Source: Flavobacteriales bacterium (lineage in GTDB: Bacteria; Bacteroidota; Bacteroidia; Flavobacteriales_D; CAJJDF01). Taken from it: 64,000 nt of DNA. Below the pieces are notes generated by a model. That model was not told the DNA's origin. It made no database searches and saw nothing but the letters and a program-made list of their open reading frames with translations. Each line of letters begins with the position of its first letter. Position 1 is the first letter of the stretch. Of the stretch, positions 29,662 to 41,965 are shown one piece after another. The stretch is from positions 1,599 to 65,598 of the forward strand of contig CBFHVI010000001.1 in assembly GCA_965658995.1 (NCBI GenBank), given 5' to 3'. Both the position numbers and the translations under genes were made by a program.

Positions 29662-30327
29662 TTATCCTTGTTGACTAAATTTGGTTAATTGCTTATTCAT
29701 CTTATCGATTACTTGACGGTAAGAAAGATTTTGGATAGGAGTTGGATGAAACCTCACGTAGTAGGGAAAAGGAGCGTCCAATTGTTTGAAATTATGGTCT
29801 CTAAGATACATACACTTAATCATGGTATTCACATCAGAGCCTTTGTACTTCTTTTGTTTTGATATCCTCGATTTCTCTTTCTGTTTTGTCTCAGTTTTCA
29901 ATTCTTTCTCATTTCTGAGCATACCAAAGTCGGTCACAAAAAAGTTAGAATCCAACTCCACCTCCTTAGCAATCAATTCGTACCCAGAATACAAGGTTAC
30001 TTTATTAAATTTTCCTTGCTGTAAGTTCTCTGAATCATGGCTGTAAAAAAAATACACTTCGCAAAAATCAAATCCAGAAAAAGAACTTATAATCTCTTTG
30101 TTTACTGCGTCTTGTCTTGCTTTCACAGCTTTTGCTCTCTGTTCCATTCCTTTTTCTTCCAACGCTTTAATCACAGGAGCTTTATCAGACAAACGAACAA
30201 GCATAATGCTTTGCTTCATTCGAATAATTTGGGTCTTTGCTTTTTCCTGAAGCTCTTGCCTTTGTTCAGTACCAAATGCCGCAATAGAGAAAAAGGCTAT
30301 AAATATGGATAAGAATATTTTTTTCAT
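29662..30327 (-). CDS. hypothetical exported protein
   Basis: Signal peptide MKKIFLSIFIAFFSIAAFG from ATG 30327; C-terminal LDAPFPYYVR. Confidence 0.65.
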   Translation of the reverse strand: MKKIFLSIFIAFFSIAAFGTEQRQELQEKAKTQIIRMKQSIMLVRLSDKAPVIKALEEKGMEQRAKAVKARQDAVNKEIISSFSGFDFCEVYFFYSHDSENLQQGKFNKVTLYSGYELIAKEVELDSNFFVTDFGMLRNEKELKTETKQKEKSRISKQKKYKGSDVNTMIKCMYLRDHNFKQLDAPFPYYVRFHPTPIQNLSYRQVIDKMNKQLTKFSQQG

Positions 30328-30396
30328 GAGTAAGAATTTGATTGCTAATTTAATCAAAGTAACTCAAATTTCATTCCATTGGTATCTTCCATAAAC

Positions 30397-30428
30397 AAAA
30401 AACCCTTTCGCAGTTACGAAAGGGTTTT
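30397..30428 (-). terminator. intrinsic terminator of gap
   Basis: AAAACCCTTTCG-N6-CGAAAGGGTTTT. Confidence 0.75.
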
Positions 30429-30451
30429 GAATTTAGTTTAATGGTAGTGAA

Positions 30452-31912
30452 TTAATAATACAACAGTCTTCTTACTTTTGCCACGTACTTAGCTAACCTA
30501 ATTACTTGTTTTGTATATCCAAATTCATTGTCGTACCACACATACAACACTATATTTTTCTTGTCTTCAGAAACAATAGTTGCATGGCTATCAAAAACCG
30601 AACAACACGTATTTCCGATTATATCATTGGAAACCAACTCCTCTTCAATAGAAAATTTAATTTGATTCACCAAGTCACCTTCCATCGCATATTTCTTTAC
30701 CATTTGGTTTACTTCTTCGAGGGTAGCTTCTTTCTTGATAGATAAATTCATTATTGCCAAAGAACCATTAGGTGTTGGAACTCTCACTGCGTTGGCAGTT
30801 AATTTTCCGTTCAAACTTGGAATTACTTTCGTTACAGCCTTTCCAGCTCCAGTTGAAGTGATCACCATATTAATGGCAGCCGACCTTCCTCTTCTTGGTT
30901 TTTTGTGATAATTATCCAAAAGGTTTTGGTCATTGGTGTAGGCATGAACTGTTTCGATGTGACCTTTCTCAACTCCATAATTGTCTTCAATTACTTTTAA
31001 TATTGGTGAAATTGCATTGGTGGTACAACTTGCAGCAGAAAAAATAGCGTGCTCCTCTATGCTGAATTCTTTTTGATTAATACCGTACACAATGTTCGGT
31101 ATTTCCTTTCCTGGGGCGGTCAAAATAACTTTCGAAACACCTTTCGATTTTAGATGATTAGAAAGTGCTTCTTTATCTGTGAATACTCCTGTATTATCTA
31201 GCACCAAAGCATCATTGATACCAAAAGTAGTATAGTCTATTTCAGAAGGATGATTCGCCTGAATGATCTGGATTACTTGACCATTGATGATTAAATTTTT
31301 ATTCTCGTAATCTTCGAATATAGTACCAGGGAATGGACCGTGAACAGAGTCCATTCTCAATAATGAAGCTCTTTTTTTAATTTGATCTTCAGAGTTATTT
31401 CTCACCACGATGGCTCTCAATCTCAATTGCTGACCTTTTCCTGCTTGTTTAATTAATTCTCTTGCTGCTAATCTACCAATTCTCCCAAAACCATACAAGA
31501 CAACGTCTCTTGGCTCCAATCCTTGATTATCGCTAGTTTTGAATCCGCTTAACTTCGAGTTTAAGAACTCAGTAATGGAATCAAAGTTACTTTTTTCCAA
31601 AGCCCATTCAGCGGCAAGTTTACCAATATCAAGTTTAGAAGGAGCAATATCAATATTCATCAATTCTTCGGCCAGTGCCGCTGAATCTTCTACTGTTATT
31701 TTGTTCCCAGTTACTTCACTTGTGGATTTGTGCAGACTCAGTATTTCTGAAACACTTTGATCTACTAATGGGTTTCTAAAAAGTACCAATTCAATAGATT
31801 TGTCGTACAGCAAGTTTCCTATTGAGGAAATAAGACTAATTGCTGATTTTTCTAAGTTTACCCAGTCATTCAATTCTGACTCGTAAAATGCTTTCGAAGC
31901 GGTTTGGCTCAT
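30452..31912 (-). CDS. gap: glyceraldehyde-3-phosphate dehydrogenase, N-terminally extended form
   Basis: Motifs YGFGRIGR, SAASCTTN, VRVPT and WYDNEFGY, after a roughly 130-aa N-terminal extension. Confidence 0.92.
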   Translation of the reverse strand: MSQTASKAFYESELNDWVNLEKSAISLISSIGNLLYDKSIELVLFRNPLVDQSVSEILSLHKSTSEVTGNKITVEDSAALAEELMNIDIAPSKLDIGKLAAEWALEKSNFDSITEFLNSKLSGFKTSDNQGLEPRDVVLYGFGRIGRLAARELIKQAGKGQQLRLRAIVVRNNSEDQIKKRASLLRMDSVHGPFPGTIFEDYENKNLIINGQVIQIIQANHPSEIDYTTFGINDALVLDNTGVFTDKEALSNHLKSKGVSKVILTAPGKEIPNIVYGINQKEFSIEEHAIFSAASCTTNAISPILKVIEDNYGVEKGHIETVHAYTNDQNLLDNYHKKPRRGRSAAINMVITSTGAGKAVTKVIPSLNGKLTANAVRVPTPNGSLAIMNLSIKKEATLEEVNQMVKKYAMEGDLVNQIKFSIEEELVSNDIIGNTCCSVFDSHATIVSEDKKNIVLYVWYDNEFGYTKQVIRLAKYVAKVRRLLYY

Positions 31913-32049
31913 TGTTAAGAGTTTTAAATGTGTCCACAAATTTATCAAAAATCGGACAAATAACTCCCTTGGTTTTTAAAAATTCCATAAAAAAAAACAC
32001 CTCAATTCCGTGAAGTGTTTTTCTTTTATTCTGATTTTTTACCGGAATT

Positions 32050-32913
32050 TTATCCCAAATAAGTCTTCAATAATTTGCTTCTTGATGTTTGTCTAAGTCT
32101 TCTTATCGCTTTTTCTTTAATTTGTCTTACTCTTTCTCTCGTTAAGTCAAATTTAGTTCCAATTTCTTCCAACGTCAAACCATGTTTCATTCCAATACCA
32201 AAGAATAAGATAATTACTTCTCTCTCTCTTTCCGAAAGCGTTGACAACGACCTTTTAATTTCTCTTTGTAAAGACTCTATCATCAAATCAGTATCGGCTG
32301 TTGGCGAATCTGAATTAATCAATACATCCAATAGCGAGTTATCTTCACCTTCTTGAAATGGAGCATCAACAGACACGTGTCTTCCACCAACTCTCAATGT
32401 ATCAGTAACCTTTGTATTTGTTACTTCTAATTCTTCTGCCAATTCGTGTTCACTTGGTGCTCTCTCGTATTGTTGCTCTAGTCGAGAAAAAGTTTTGTTC
32501 AATTTGTTTAATGAACCAACTTGATTCAAAGGTAGTCGAACAATTCTACTTTGTTCTGCCAAAGCTTGTAAAATGGACTGTCTTATCCACCACACAGCGT
32601 ATGAGATAAACTTAAATCCTCTTGTTTCATCGAATCGTTGAGCTGCCTTAATCAATCCCAAATTCCCTTCATTAATCAAATCTGGTAAAGTAAGTCCTTG
32701 ATTTTGATATTGTTTTGCCACAGAAATAACGAATCTAAGGTTTGATTTGATAAGTTTTTCTAGGGCTATTTGATCACCTTCCTTGATTCTTTGAGCTAAA
32801 AGTACCTCCTCTTCTGCTGTAATTAGGGTCTCCTTACTAATTTCTTGCAGGTATTTGTCTAACGATTGACTTTCCCTGTTTGTGATCGATTTGGTAATTT
32901 TTAGTTGTCTCAT
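32050..32913 (-). CDS. rpoD: RpoD/SigA-family sigma factor (Bacteroidota primary sigma, lacks region 1.1)
   Basis: Motifs [47 protein letters not shown] and [12 protein letters not shown]. Confidence 0.92.
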   Translation of the reverse strand: MRQLKITKSITNRESQSLDKYLQEISKETLITAEEEVLLAQRIKEGDQIALEKLIKSNLRFVISVAKQYQNQGLTLPDLINEGNLGLIKAAQRFDETRGFKFISYAVWWIRQSILQALAEQSRIVRLPLNQVGSLNKLNKTFSRLEQQYERAPSEHELAEELEVTNTKVTDTLRVGGRHVSVDAPFQEGEDNSLLDVLINSDSPTADTDLMIESLQREIKRSLSTLSEREREVIILFFGIGMKHGLTLEEIGTKFDLTRERVRQIKEKAIRRLRQTSRSKLLKTYLG

Positions 32914-33326
32914 TCAATGGTTTTAAGTGAATATTAAGGTGCAAAAATAACATTTTTTGTTACATCTGTCAACACCTTTTACGAAAAGCCTTGTGTAATG
33001 TTACATTGAACGCTGTTTTTTTTCAAATAAAATGAAAATATTTTTTAAATTATTGAGTATCATACAATAGAAATTGAAAATATTTTTACATTCTCTTGTA
33101 ATTGGCCAAATTATACAATTTTAAGGCTAATATAAGCGGAAAAATCAGTGAAAAAAACAATCACAATCATGTCCTCTCACAAAAGCCAGATTCCTTATCT
33201 TTTGATTTTCAATTCTATTGCAAATAGTCCTCTCCGCAAAGGAAGGAATATTAGGTTCAAATGATTCGCGTAAATAAATCCCTGACTTATAATAAATTAC
33301 ATAGAGAAAAGGCACGAAAAACTAAA

Positions 33327-33941
33327 TTATTTAATATCCAGGGAAATTAGTTGTTTGTCTCCAATAAATCCTTCGAGTTTATCGCCAATTTTTACCGGGC
33401 CTACTCCTGCTGGAGTTCCAGTATAGATAATATCCCCTATTTTGAGTGTCATAAACTGCGAAACATAGCTGATAATTGCATCAATCGTAAAGATCATGTC
33501 TTTGGAATTCCCTCTTTGAACCTGCTCACCATTTTTGTTTAAACTAAATGAAATATCTTGAACAGATTCAAACTCCGATTTATCGATAAATTCTTTGCCA
33601 ATCACAGCAGATCCATCAAAAGCCTTTGCTTTTTCCCAAGGCAAACCTTTACTTTTACATTCTTGTTGTAAATCTCTGGCAGTAAAATCAATACCTAAGC
33701 CTATTTTATCATAATAAGTGTTGGCAAATCGCTCCTCAATATGTTTTCCTACCTTATTTATTTTTACTAGCAGTTCAATTTCAAAATGAAGGTCATTTGT
33801 AAATTCAGGAATATAAAACGGAACTCTTTTTGGAAGAATTGCAGAGTCGGGTTTTAAGAAAAATAAGGGTTCTTTAGGTGCTTCATTCCCTAATTCCTTT
33901 GCGTGCTCGCTGTAGTTTCTTCCTATGCAAATTATTTTCAT
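33327..33941 (-). CDS. fumarylacetoacetate hydrolase family protein
   Basis: Motifs KIICIGRNY, FLKPDSA, DFTARDLQ, KAKAFDGS and GDIIYTGTPAGVG. Confidence 0.92.
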   Translation of the reverse strand: MKIICIGRNYSEHAKELGNEAPKEPLFFLKPDSAILPKRVPFYIPEFTNDLHFEIELLVKINKVGKHIEERFANTYYDKIGLGIDFTARDLQQECKSKGLPWEKAKAFDGSAVIGKEFIDKSEFESVQDISFSLNKNGEQVQRGNSKDMIFTIDAIISYVSQFMTLKIGDIIYTGTPAGVGPVKIGDKLEGFIGDKQLISLDIK

Positions 33942-33996
33942 ATTGGTTATTGTAATTGGTACAAAGGCAAGAATGATTAGTCTTCAACCATTGTGT

Positions 33997-34220
33997 TTAA
34001 AAATTACTTGTATTTTGTTCCATTTTAAGGAAATTGCTATCATTCTTAACTTGAATTTTATTTATTCTATTATTAGAATGTAGAATTAAAGAATCTCCAA
34101 TTGTATCAAATAATAAATAATCTCCAACTTTTAATTCTTTTTCCATTGAAGGTTCAGGTAACTCAATTAACCCACAAGCGGTTCATACAAAACAAAAAAA
34201 GAGTGTATATTTTTTTTCAT
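33997..34220 (-). pseudogene. degraded lipoprotein gene remnant
   Basis: ATG followed by an out-of-frame A8 run, then YTLFFCFV*TACGLIELPEPSMEKELKVGDYLL...TSNF*. Repairing one frameshift and one stop restores a signal peptide II. Confidence 0.45.
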
Positions 34221-34261
34221 CACAAAATTCTAAAATCTTGCTAACTCTTAGAATCTAAAAA

Positions 34262-35023
34262 TTACATATTTTCCTTCACCTCCTGCAATACTTTCTTAGT
34301 ATACCTCGGAAAATCTCCCTGCATCATCCAAGAGTAATAACTAGGCTCTCTTCTTAATACGTCTTCAATTGTTTTCCCTTTGTGTTTACCAAAATTAAAA
34401 CAAGGCTCTCCATCGGCATTAAACACAAATCGCCCTGCGTAATCTGCCATTTTACTCCCCATTTCTGAGTATTCAGCTAAGAAATCTACGTTACCTTCCA
34501 AATCATCATACCGCTCAATTTGCGCCAACAATACGTCCATGGTCGCGGTGGTATCTGCTTCTGCACTGTGCGCATTTTCTAATGTTTTTCCGCAATAAAA
34601 TTGAAGAGCAGCTTCAAGCGTTCTTTTTTCTTGTTTGTAAAAAATATTCTGAACGTCTATCCTTTTTCTATCGGTCATGTCCAACTCTACTTCCACTCTC
34701 AATAATTCTTCCATCAACATAGGAATATCAAACCTATTGGAATTATATCCAGCCAAATCTGCATCACCAATGAATTCAACCACCTCAGGAGCAATTTCTT
34801 TCCATGTTTTTTCATTCAACACGTCAAAATCATAAATTCCGTGAACTTCAGAGGCTTCTATAGGTATTGGCATTTCTGGATTTACTCTTTTGGTAAAAGT
34901 CTCTTTTTCTCCATTTGGCATTAATTTTTGAATAGAAATTTCTACAATTCTATCTTTAGAAACATCTACTCCAGTGGATTCCAAATCAAAAAATGCAATA
35001 GGTCTAGTAAGGTTTAAATTCAT
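34262..35023 (-). CDS. dnaQ: DEDDh 3'-5' exonuclease (DNA polymerase III epsilon-like)
   Basis: Motifs FFDLESTG, GYNSNRFD and AHSAEAD; C-terminal FNFGKHKG. Confidence 0.85.
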   Translation of the reverse strand: MNLNLTRPIAFFDLESTGVDVSKDRIVEISIQKLMPNGEKETFTKRVNPEMPIPIEASEVHGIYDFDVLNEKTWKEIAPEVVEFIGDADLAGYNSNRFDIPMLMEELLRVEVELDMTDRKRIDVQNIFYKQEKRTLEAALQFYCGKTLENAHSAEADTTATMDVLLAQIERYDDLEGNVDFLAEYSEMGSKMADYAGRFVFNADGEPCFNFGKHKGKTIEDVLRREPSYYSWMMQGDFPRYTKKVLQEVKENM

Positions 35024-35041
35024 TGGTTTATTATTTTTTAT

Positions 35042-35078
35042 AAAAAAGCTCTTCATTAATGGTTAATGAAGAGCTTTT
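35042..35078 (-). terminator. intrinsic terminator after the E2 gene
   Basis: AAAAGCTCTTCATTAA-TGG-TTAATGAAGAGCTTTT. Confidence 0.7.
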
Positions 35079-35144
35079 GTAAGATTTGTATTTCTGTCAG
35101 TCTTCGATTCTCTCCCTTCCGTCAAACTCAGGCTTCAGCTTGTT

Positions 35145-36497
35145 TTAAATTTCTCTGTTAAGGTCAAATGACTCTAAATAATCGGCTACTTTTCGCACAA
35201 ACATTCCTCCAAGTGCTCCATCCACTACTCGGTGGTCATAAGCATGCGACAAGAACATTTTGTGTCTTATTCCCATTGTGTCTCCTTCCGGAGTTTCTAT
35301 TACCGAAACCATTTTACGAATCGCACCCACTGCCATAATCGCCACCTGGGGTTGATTAATAATAGGAGTTCCAAAAACATTCCCAAAGGTTCCTACATTC
35401 GTCATAGTGTAGGTGCCTCCTTGAATTTCGTCTGGAGTCAATTTATTTTGCCTTGCTCTGTTGGCTAAGTCATTTACCGCTTTAGTTAATCCCAAAAGGT
35501 TCAGTCTATCTGCGTTCTTAATTACCGGAACAATCAGGTTACCTGAAGGCAAGGCGGCAGCCATTCCTATGTTAATATTTCCTCTTTGGATAATATTCGT
35601 TCCATCGATTGAAATATTAATCATAGGAAAATCTTTTATAGCTTTAGCTATTGCTTCTATGAAAATAGGAGTGAAAGTAATTTTTTCTCCATTCTCTTTT
35701 TGAAATTGATTTTTTACTTTATTTCTCCAATTTACAATATTGGTCACATCTGCTTCTACATAAGAAGTAACGTGTGGAGAGGTTTGTTTGGACATCACCA
35801 TATGATCTGCAATCAACTTCCTCATTCTATCCATTTCTACCACCGTATCATTCGGTCCTACTGGGATTGCTGGGTTGTGAACAGGCTGGTTTATCTCCGT
35901 AGTTTTGGCGATTACCTTATCTTTTGGCGCCTCTTTTGCTTTTGTTACAGCAGCAGGAGCGCTGGTGGCTGACTGATTTCCTCTATTCTTAATGTAGTCT
36001 AGAATATCAGTTTTACTCACCCTGCCGTCTTTTCCACTACCCGAGATCTTTTCTAATTCGCTCATCGAAATCCCTTCTTCCTTGGCAATATTTCTAACTA
36101 AAGGCGAATAAAACCTACCAGAATCACCTGTTTTAGCAATTTCTACTTGCTCTGTGGCTGTTTTCGCAAGAGGTGCTGCAACTTCCGCTACAACTTCCTC
36201 GCTTGGCTCAATTACTTCCTCAACTGCTGGTGCTGATGCGGGTGCCTCTTCCCCTACTTCTGTCGAAATGATAGCAATAACATCACCTACTTGAGCTACA
36301 TCGCCTTCATTGAATAATTTCTTTACCAAAACTCCGTCTACTGGCGCGGGAACCTCAGAATCTACTTTGTCAGTCGCTATCTCAATCAAAGACTCCTCTG
36401 CCTCAATCGCCTCACCCACTTCTTTTAACCAAGTAATTACAGTAGCTTCCGCTACACTTTCTCCCATTTTTGGTAATAGAACTTCTATTTCAGCCAT
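35145..36497 (-). CDS. 2-oxoacid dehydrogenase E2 dihydrolipoamide acyltransferase (branched-chain type likely)
   Basis: Lipoyl domain EIATDKVD, E3-binding domain SPLVRNIA...GSGKDGRV, and catalytic DHRVVDG. Confidence 0.92.
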   Translation of the reverse strand: MAEIEVLLPKMGESVAEATVITWLKEVGEAIEAEESLIEIATDKVDSEVPAPVDGVLVKKLFNEGDVAQVGDVIAIISTEVGEEAPASAPAVEEVIEPSEEVVAEVAAPLAKTATEQVEIAKTGDSGRFYSPLVRNIAKEEGISMSELEKISGSGKDGRVSKTDILDYIKNRGNQSATSAPAAVTKAKEAPKDKVIAKTTEINQPVHNPAIPVGPNDTVVEMDRMRKLIADHMVMSKQTSPHVTSYVEADVTNIVNWRNKVKNQFQKENGEKITFTPIFIEAIAKAIKDFPMINISIDGTNIIQRGNINIGMAAALPSGNLIVPVIKNADRLNLLGLTKAVNDLANRARQNKLTPDEIQGGTYTMTNVGTFGNVFGTPIINQPQVAIMAVGAIRKMVSVIETPEGDTMGIRHKMFLSHAYDHRVVDGALGGMFVRKVADYLESFDLNREI

Positions 36498-36661
36498 AAT
36501 TATATAATAATGTTTATTTCAATTTTTTGAAGTACAAAAATAAGGAATATTTCCATAAAAATCTGGGCTTTTTAATTTTTATTGACTTAGAATATCGCCA
36601 ATTAACTTATGTCACTTGTTTCTCTTTGATATAGTATTAAAAAATCGTAATTTTATCCTCC

Positions 36662-37309
36662 ATGGAAACTTGGTTATTTTTTGGATTCATTCTTACTGTT
36701 TTTTCCCTATTACCAATCGGAATTAAGAAGTTAATTGGTAAGAAAAGCCAACCGAAAAAATGGATTGTTTTCTTTATTAATTTTCTGTCAATCAGTTTAT
36801 TTGCGGCAATCCTAATTGAATTTTTTCTCTCTTTGAAAAACATTTATTTTACAGGCTACAAAACCCGTACTTTTCTTTTAATATCACTTGTGGTTTGTGT
36901 CACTCTACATTACTTTGTAACTCAATACAAGAACACAGCCTACAGAATTTTTGTGCAAATTATTCTGGTGGTAACCATCTTTGTTACAACCATTATAGGA
37001 GTAGTAAATTTAGCCAACTACCAAGAGTATCTATTGTTCGAAAACAACACCTATCGAATTGAAAAAAACTGGGAACTTTCTGGGGCGAATTTTATGCTTC
37101 CTACATTGTATAGAAAAAAGGGTATGGTTGAAAACGCTTATCCACTCGAATATGAAAAGGGTAACCAAATGGATTATCTTCACGATTTCACGAAGGAATC
37201 TATCACAGAATTCACCATCAATGAAACAGACAGTTCAATTCGCGTATCGTGTCATTTTAAGGACGGTGCCACTTACTTTCTCACTACACCCGATCTTTCA
37301 TCCAATTAA
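36662..37309 (+). CDS. hypothetical membrane protein
   Basis: About four N-terminal transmembrane segments followed by a soluble C-terminal domain. Confidence 0.6.
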   Translation: METWLFFGFILTVFSLLPIGIKKLIGKKSQPKKWIVFFINFLSISLFAAILIEFFLSLKNIYFTGYKTRTFLLISLVVCVTLHYFVTQYKNTAYRIFVQIILVVTIFVTTIIGVVNLANYQEYLLFENNTYRIEKNWELSGANFMLPTLYRKKGMVENAYPLEYEKGNQMDYLHDFTKESITEFTINETDSSIRVSCHFKDGATYFLTTPDLSSN

Positions 37310-37313
37310 ATTA

Positions 37314-37353
37314 TTGTCGGGGTGGTCCCGATTCATTCGGGACGTCCGCCACG
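37314..37353 (-). repeat. degenerate copy of the tRNA-Pro 3' half
   Basis: TTGTCGGGGTGG at 37314-37325 is identical to 37417-37428. It is followed by a 7-bp hairpin in the T-arm position and CCACGT. Confidence 0.55.
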
Positions 37354-37419
37354 TTTTAAACTAATATTTTCTGAACAAAAAAAAGCCTCCCAAAGTGTTT
37401 TGAAAGGCTTTTAATTTTG

Positions 37420-37494
37420 TCGGGGTGGCAGGATTCGAACCTGCGACCTCCACGTCCCAAACGTGGCGCGATAACCGGGCTACGCTACACCCCG
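37420..37494 (-). tRNA. tRNA-Pro(TGG)
   Basis: Acceptor stem CGGGGTG/CACCCCG, anticodon arm CCACG-TTTGGGA-CGTGG, T arm GCAGG-TTCGAAT-CCTGC; promoter TATATTTG at 37606-37599. Confidence 0.96.
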
Positions 37495-37642
37495 AGTGCA
37501 GTATGTTACTTCTTAAACTAAGTGTAAACTTCCCGATAAAGGCTTAAGAATTCTTGGTTGATTTTAGAACTTTTCAATCCGTTTCCGTATTGAGATTGCA
37601 AATATAGAACTTACTTTTTAATCTGCAATAAAAAACCTGAAA

Positions 37643-39595
<1,953 letters not shown>

Positions 39596-39757
39596 TTAGC
39601 TTAAAATTGTTGGTTTCATTAAAGAACAAATATAACTAATTTGAACACCATTAGAAAGAGAAAAGAGTCGACTTTTCAACAATAAAACCTCCTAAAACAT
39701 AAGGTTTTGTTGATAAATTATTTACAAAAAGGTAAGAGTACTTGGACTCGCTCTCAA

Positions 39758-40978
39758 TTAAACATTTTTCGTTAATTCGATGAGTGTGATTTCTGGTTTT
39801 ATCCCTACTCTTCCCGGGAACCCTATATGACCAAACCCTCTGTTGACGTACAAAAACTGTTTTTTTTCTTCATATAGTCCTGCCCACCTTTTATAACGTA
39901 GCGATACCGGACTCCATTTAAATCCCGGGAGTTCTATCCCCATTTGCATTCCATGAGTGTGGCCACTTAGAGTTAAATCAATGTGCTGTCGGTGCGGAAT
40001 GACAACGTCTTCCCAATGGTGTGGATCGTGAGACATTAAAATTGTAATTGAATCGGGAACTACATCCTCAAGTGCCTTATTCAAGTCTCCTTTTGGCGGG
40101 AAGGGCGGTCTACCCCAATTCTCTACTCCTATTAAGTTTATACGGTCGCCTTTTTTTTCAATGATTCTTCCCTTATTTTCTAATAAATCAAAACCTATGG
40201 CTGAATGATGCGCTCTTATTTTCATTTCATTGACTAATTGATCTTCTTCGGTTTGCCAGTTATAATACAAACCATAATCGTGGTTACCCATGATAGAAAA
40301 TTTTCCATACTTGGCAGAAAGTCCTTTGAGTAGAGGAATAAATTTATCAAACTCTTCAGAAGTATTGTTTACCAAGTCGCCCGTGAATAAAATTAAGTCT
40401 GGTTGGAGTTCTTGAATTTTATTCACCCCTGCCTCGATTGCTTTGTAGTCATCTAAACTACCCGCATGAAAATCAGAAAACTGAGCAATTCTCAGTCCTT
40501 CAAATGAATCGGGTAAATTCTTAAGAGTTAGTCTCGTATGGAACACTTTGAAATCATACCTAGTTTTGAACATACCATACAAAAAAGAGGCAAATGGAAT
40601 AGCCGCTATTCCTAATCCTATTTGTGTTACCGCTTTTCTTCGAGACGGAAAATCAACAGAATTATTGGTAGAAAAAAATGAAAAAACATACCCAACAAAA
40701 CGAGTAATATCCTCGAAAAATATCACCGAAATAAAGACTAATTTTGCTACTCCAAAAGTGACAAACAATCCCATCATGAGATTTATCGCCTTGGTTGTTT
40801 GGCTCAGGCCATGACCTAAACTAGAAGAAGTATAAATGAGAGAAATAATAGTTAACAAAGCTACGCCCAGCTGAATTGAAATTGCTAATATAAATTGATT
40901 GTTTGAATATACTGATCGAAGTATAAAAAATATGTATACCTCAATAAGAAGCATAAACCCTAGCATTATTTTCATCAT
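39758..40978 (-). CDS. membrane-anchored metallophosphoesterase (YkuE-like)
   Basis: Motifs SDFH, TGDLVN, GNHDY, SHDP and SGHTHG; N-terminal transmembrane helices. Confidence 0.88.
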   Translation of the reverse strand: MMKIMLGFMLLIEVYIFFILRSVYSNNQFILAISIQLGVALLTIISLIYTSSSLGHGLSQTTKAINLMMGLFVTFGVAKLVFISVIFFEDITRFVGYVFSFFSTNNSVDFPSRRKAVTQIGLGIAAIPFASFLYGMFKTRYDFKVFHTRLTLKNLPDSFEGLRIAQFSDFHAGSLDDYKAIEAGVNKIQELQPDLILFTGDLVNNTSEEFDKFIPLLKGLSAKYGKFSIMGNHDYGLYYNWQTEEDQLVNEMKIRAHHSAIGFDLLENKGRIIEKKGDRINLIGVENWGRPPFPPKGDLNKALEDVVPDSITILMSHDPHHWEDVVIPHRQHIDLTLSGHTHGMQMGIELPGFKWSPVSLRYKRWAGLYEEKKQFLYVNRGFGHIGFPGRVGIKPEITLIELTKNV

Positions 40979-41016
40979 GTGTGTGAGTCGAAACTAAATG
41001 GATAATCTTACATTTT

Positions 41017-41943
41017 TTATACAAATGTTTTTATATGTCGATCGGCCTTCGAAGGATGAATATCGGCAATAGAAATTAAAATTCCAGTTTCTTCTACTCC
41101 ACCAAAATCTGGATTCTCTGCAGTTCCAAAGGTTTTCATCGAATCCGAGAGGTTCATGTAGGAATTAATAAGAGGTGGTATTCTTTCCCCTTTTTCTTTT
41201 AATACTTCCCCTAATATTTTGTGTCCCTCTTTGTAAGTAAGCCCTGTTAACTTGGCAAGAAATTCTTTAGATTCATGAATAATAGGCAAAGGAGAAATAG
41301 GTGTTACCAATTGATCCTTATCAGGAAAATAATAGTTCATAAATGAAAGTAACATATCTCGTGCTTCTTTGTTGTACTCTTTGTACATCGTTACCTTTCC
41401 AAAAAAATAATTCACCTCTGGGTTTAAAACTATGAGAGCACCCAGTCCGTCCCACAGATTATCGAGGGTAAATAATCCCTTTCTATTTGTGGCAGAAGGT
41501 TGATAGGCGGGCTGGACCCAAGACCTTCCTAATTCTATCGTGGTGGGTAAATAATCAGAAACAAAACGATTGGAAAAGTTGAAATAATGTTTTGTTGAAA
41601 TGTCTATTTTATTCAGATTTCCTCGAAATTTTGGACAGTTAAAAAACCTGTAGCCACCCAAAATCTCCTCGTCTTCAGGGCTCCAAACAATCAGTTGATC
41701 ATAATTGTGCTCGCAAGTATCCAATTCATCAATATCTACTTCTTGCCCTGTACCACCACCAGCTGAACCAAACGATACTTCTCTCAACCTACCAATTTCT
41801 CTCATTACATGAGGGGAATCATGATGATTTATTATATAAATTTCATTATTTCCTTTGTTCGTAGTTCGAATAAATTTGTTTTGGGACAATTCCTTTTTAA
41901 TTAATGACCTTTCTATTGGAGCTATAATGTAATCTAAATTCAT
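41017..41943 (-). CDS. GNAT-family N-acyl amino acid synthase (OlsB/GlsB-like)
   Basis: Motifs EIGRLREVSF, DIDELD, GGYR, IELGRSWV and IPPLINSYMNLS. Confidence 0.75.
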   Translation of the reverse strand: MNLDYIIAPIERSLIKKELSQNKFIRTTNKGNNEIYIINHHDSPHVMREIGRLREVSFGSAGGGTGQEVDIDELDTCEHNYDQLIVWSPEDEEILGGYRFFNCPKFRGNLNKIDISTKHYFNFSNRFVSDYLPTTIELGRSWVQPAYQPSATNRKGLFTLDNLWDGLGALIVLNPEVNYFFGKVTMYKEYNKEARDMLLSFMNYYFPDKDQLVTPISPLPIIHESKEFLAKLTGLTYKEGHKILGEVLKEKGERIPPLINSYMNLSDSMKTFGTAENPDFGGVEETGILISIADIHPSKADRHIKTFV

Positions 41944-41965
41944 GTTCTGAATGTAATGGATTTTC

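Noticed and set aside
30452..32913. Extended GAPDH and short sigma factor as novelties
   Set aside because: Both forms are known, ordinary features of Bacteroidota.
33033..33088. Direct repeat TGAAAATATTTTT upstream of the sigma gene, plus nearby TAAC/GTTAC half sites at 32946-33005
   Set aside because: The context is very AT-rich, and the half-site spacing does not match the N4 motif of the sulfur regulon.
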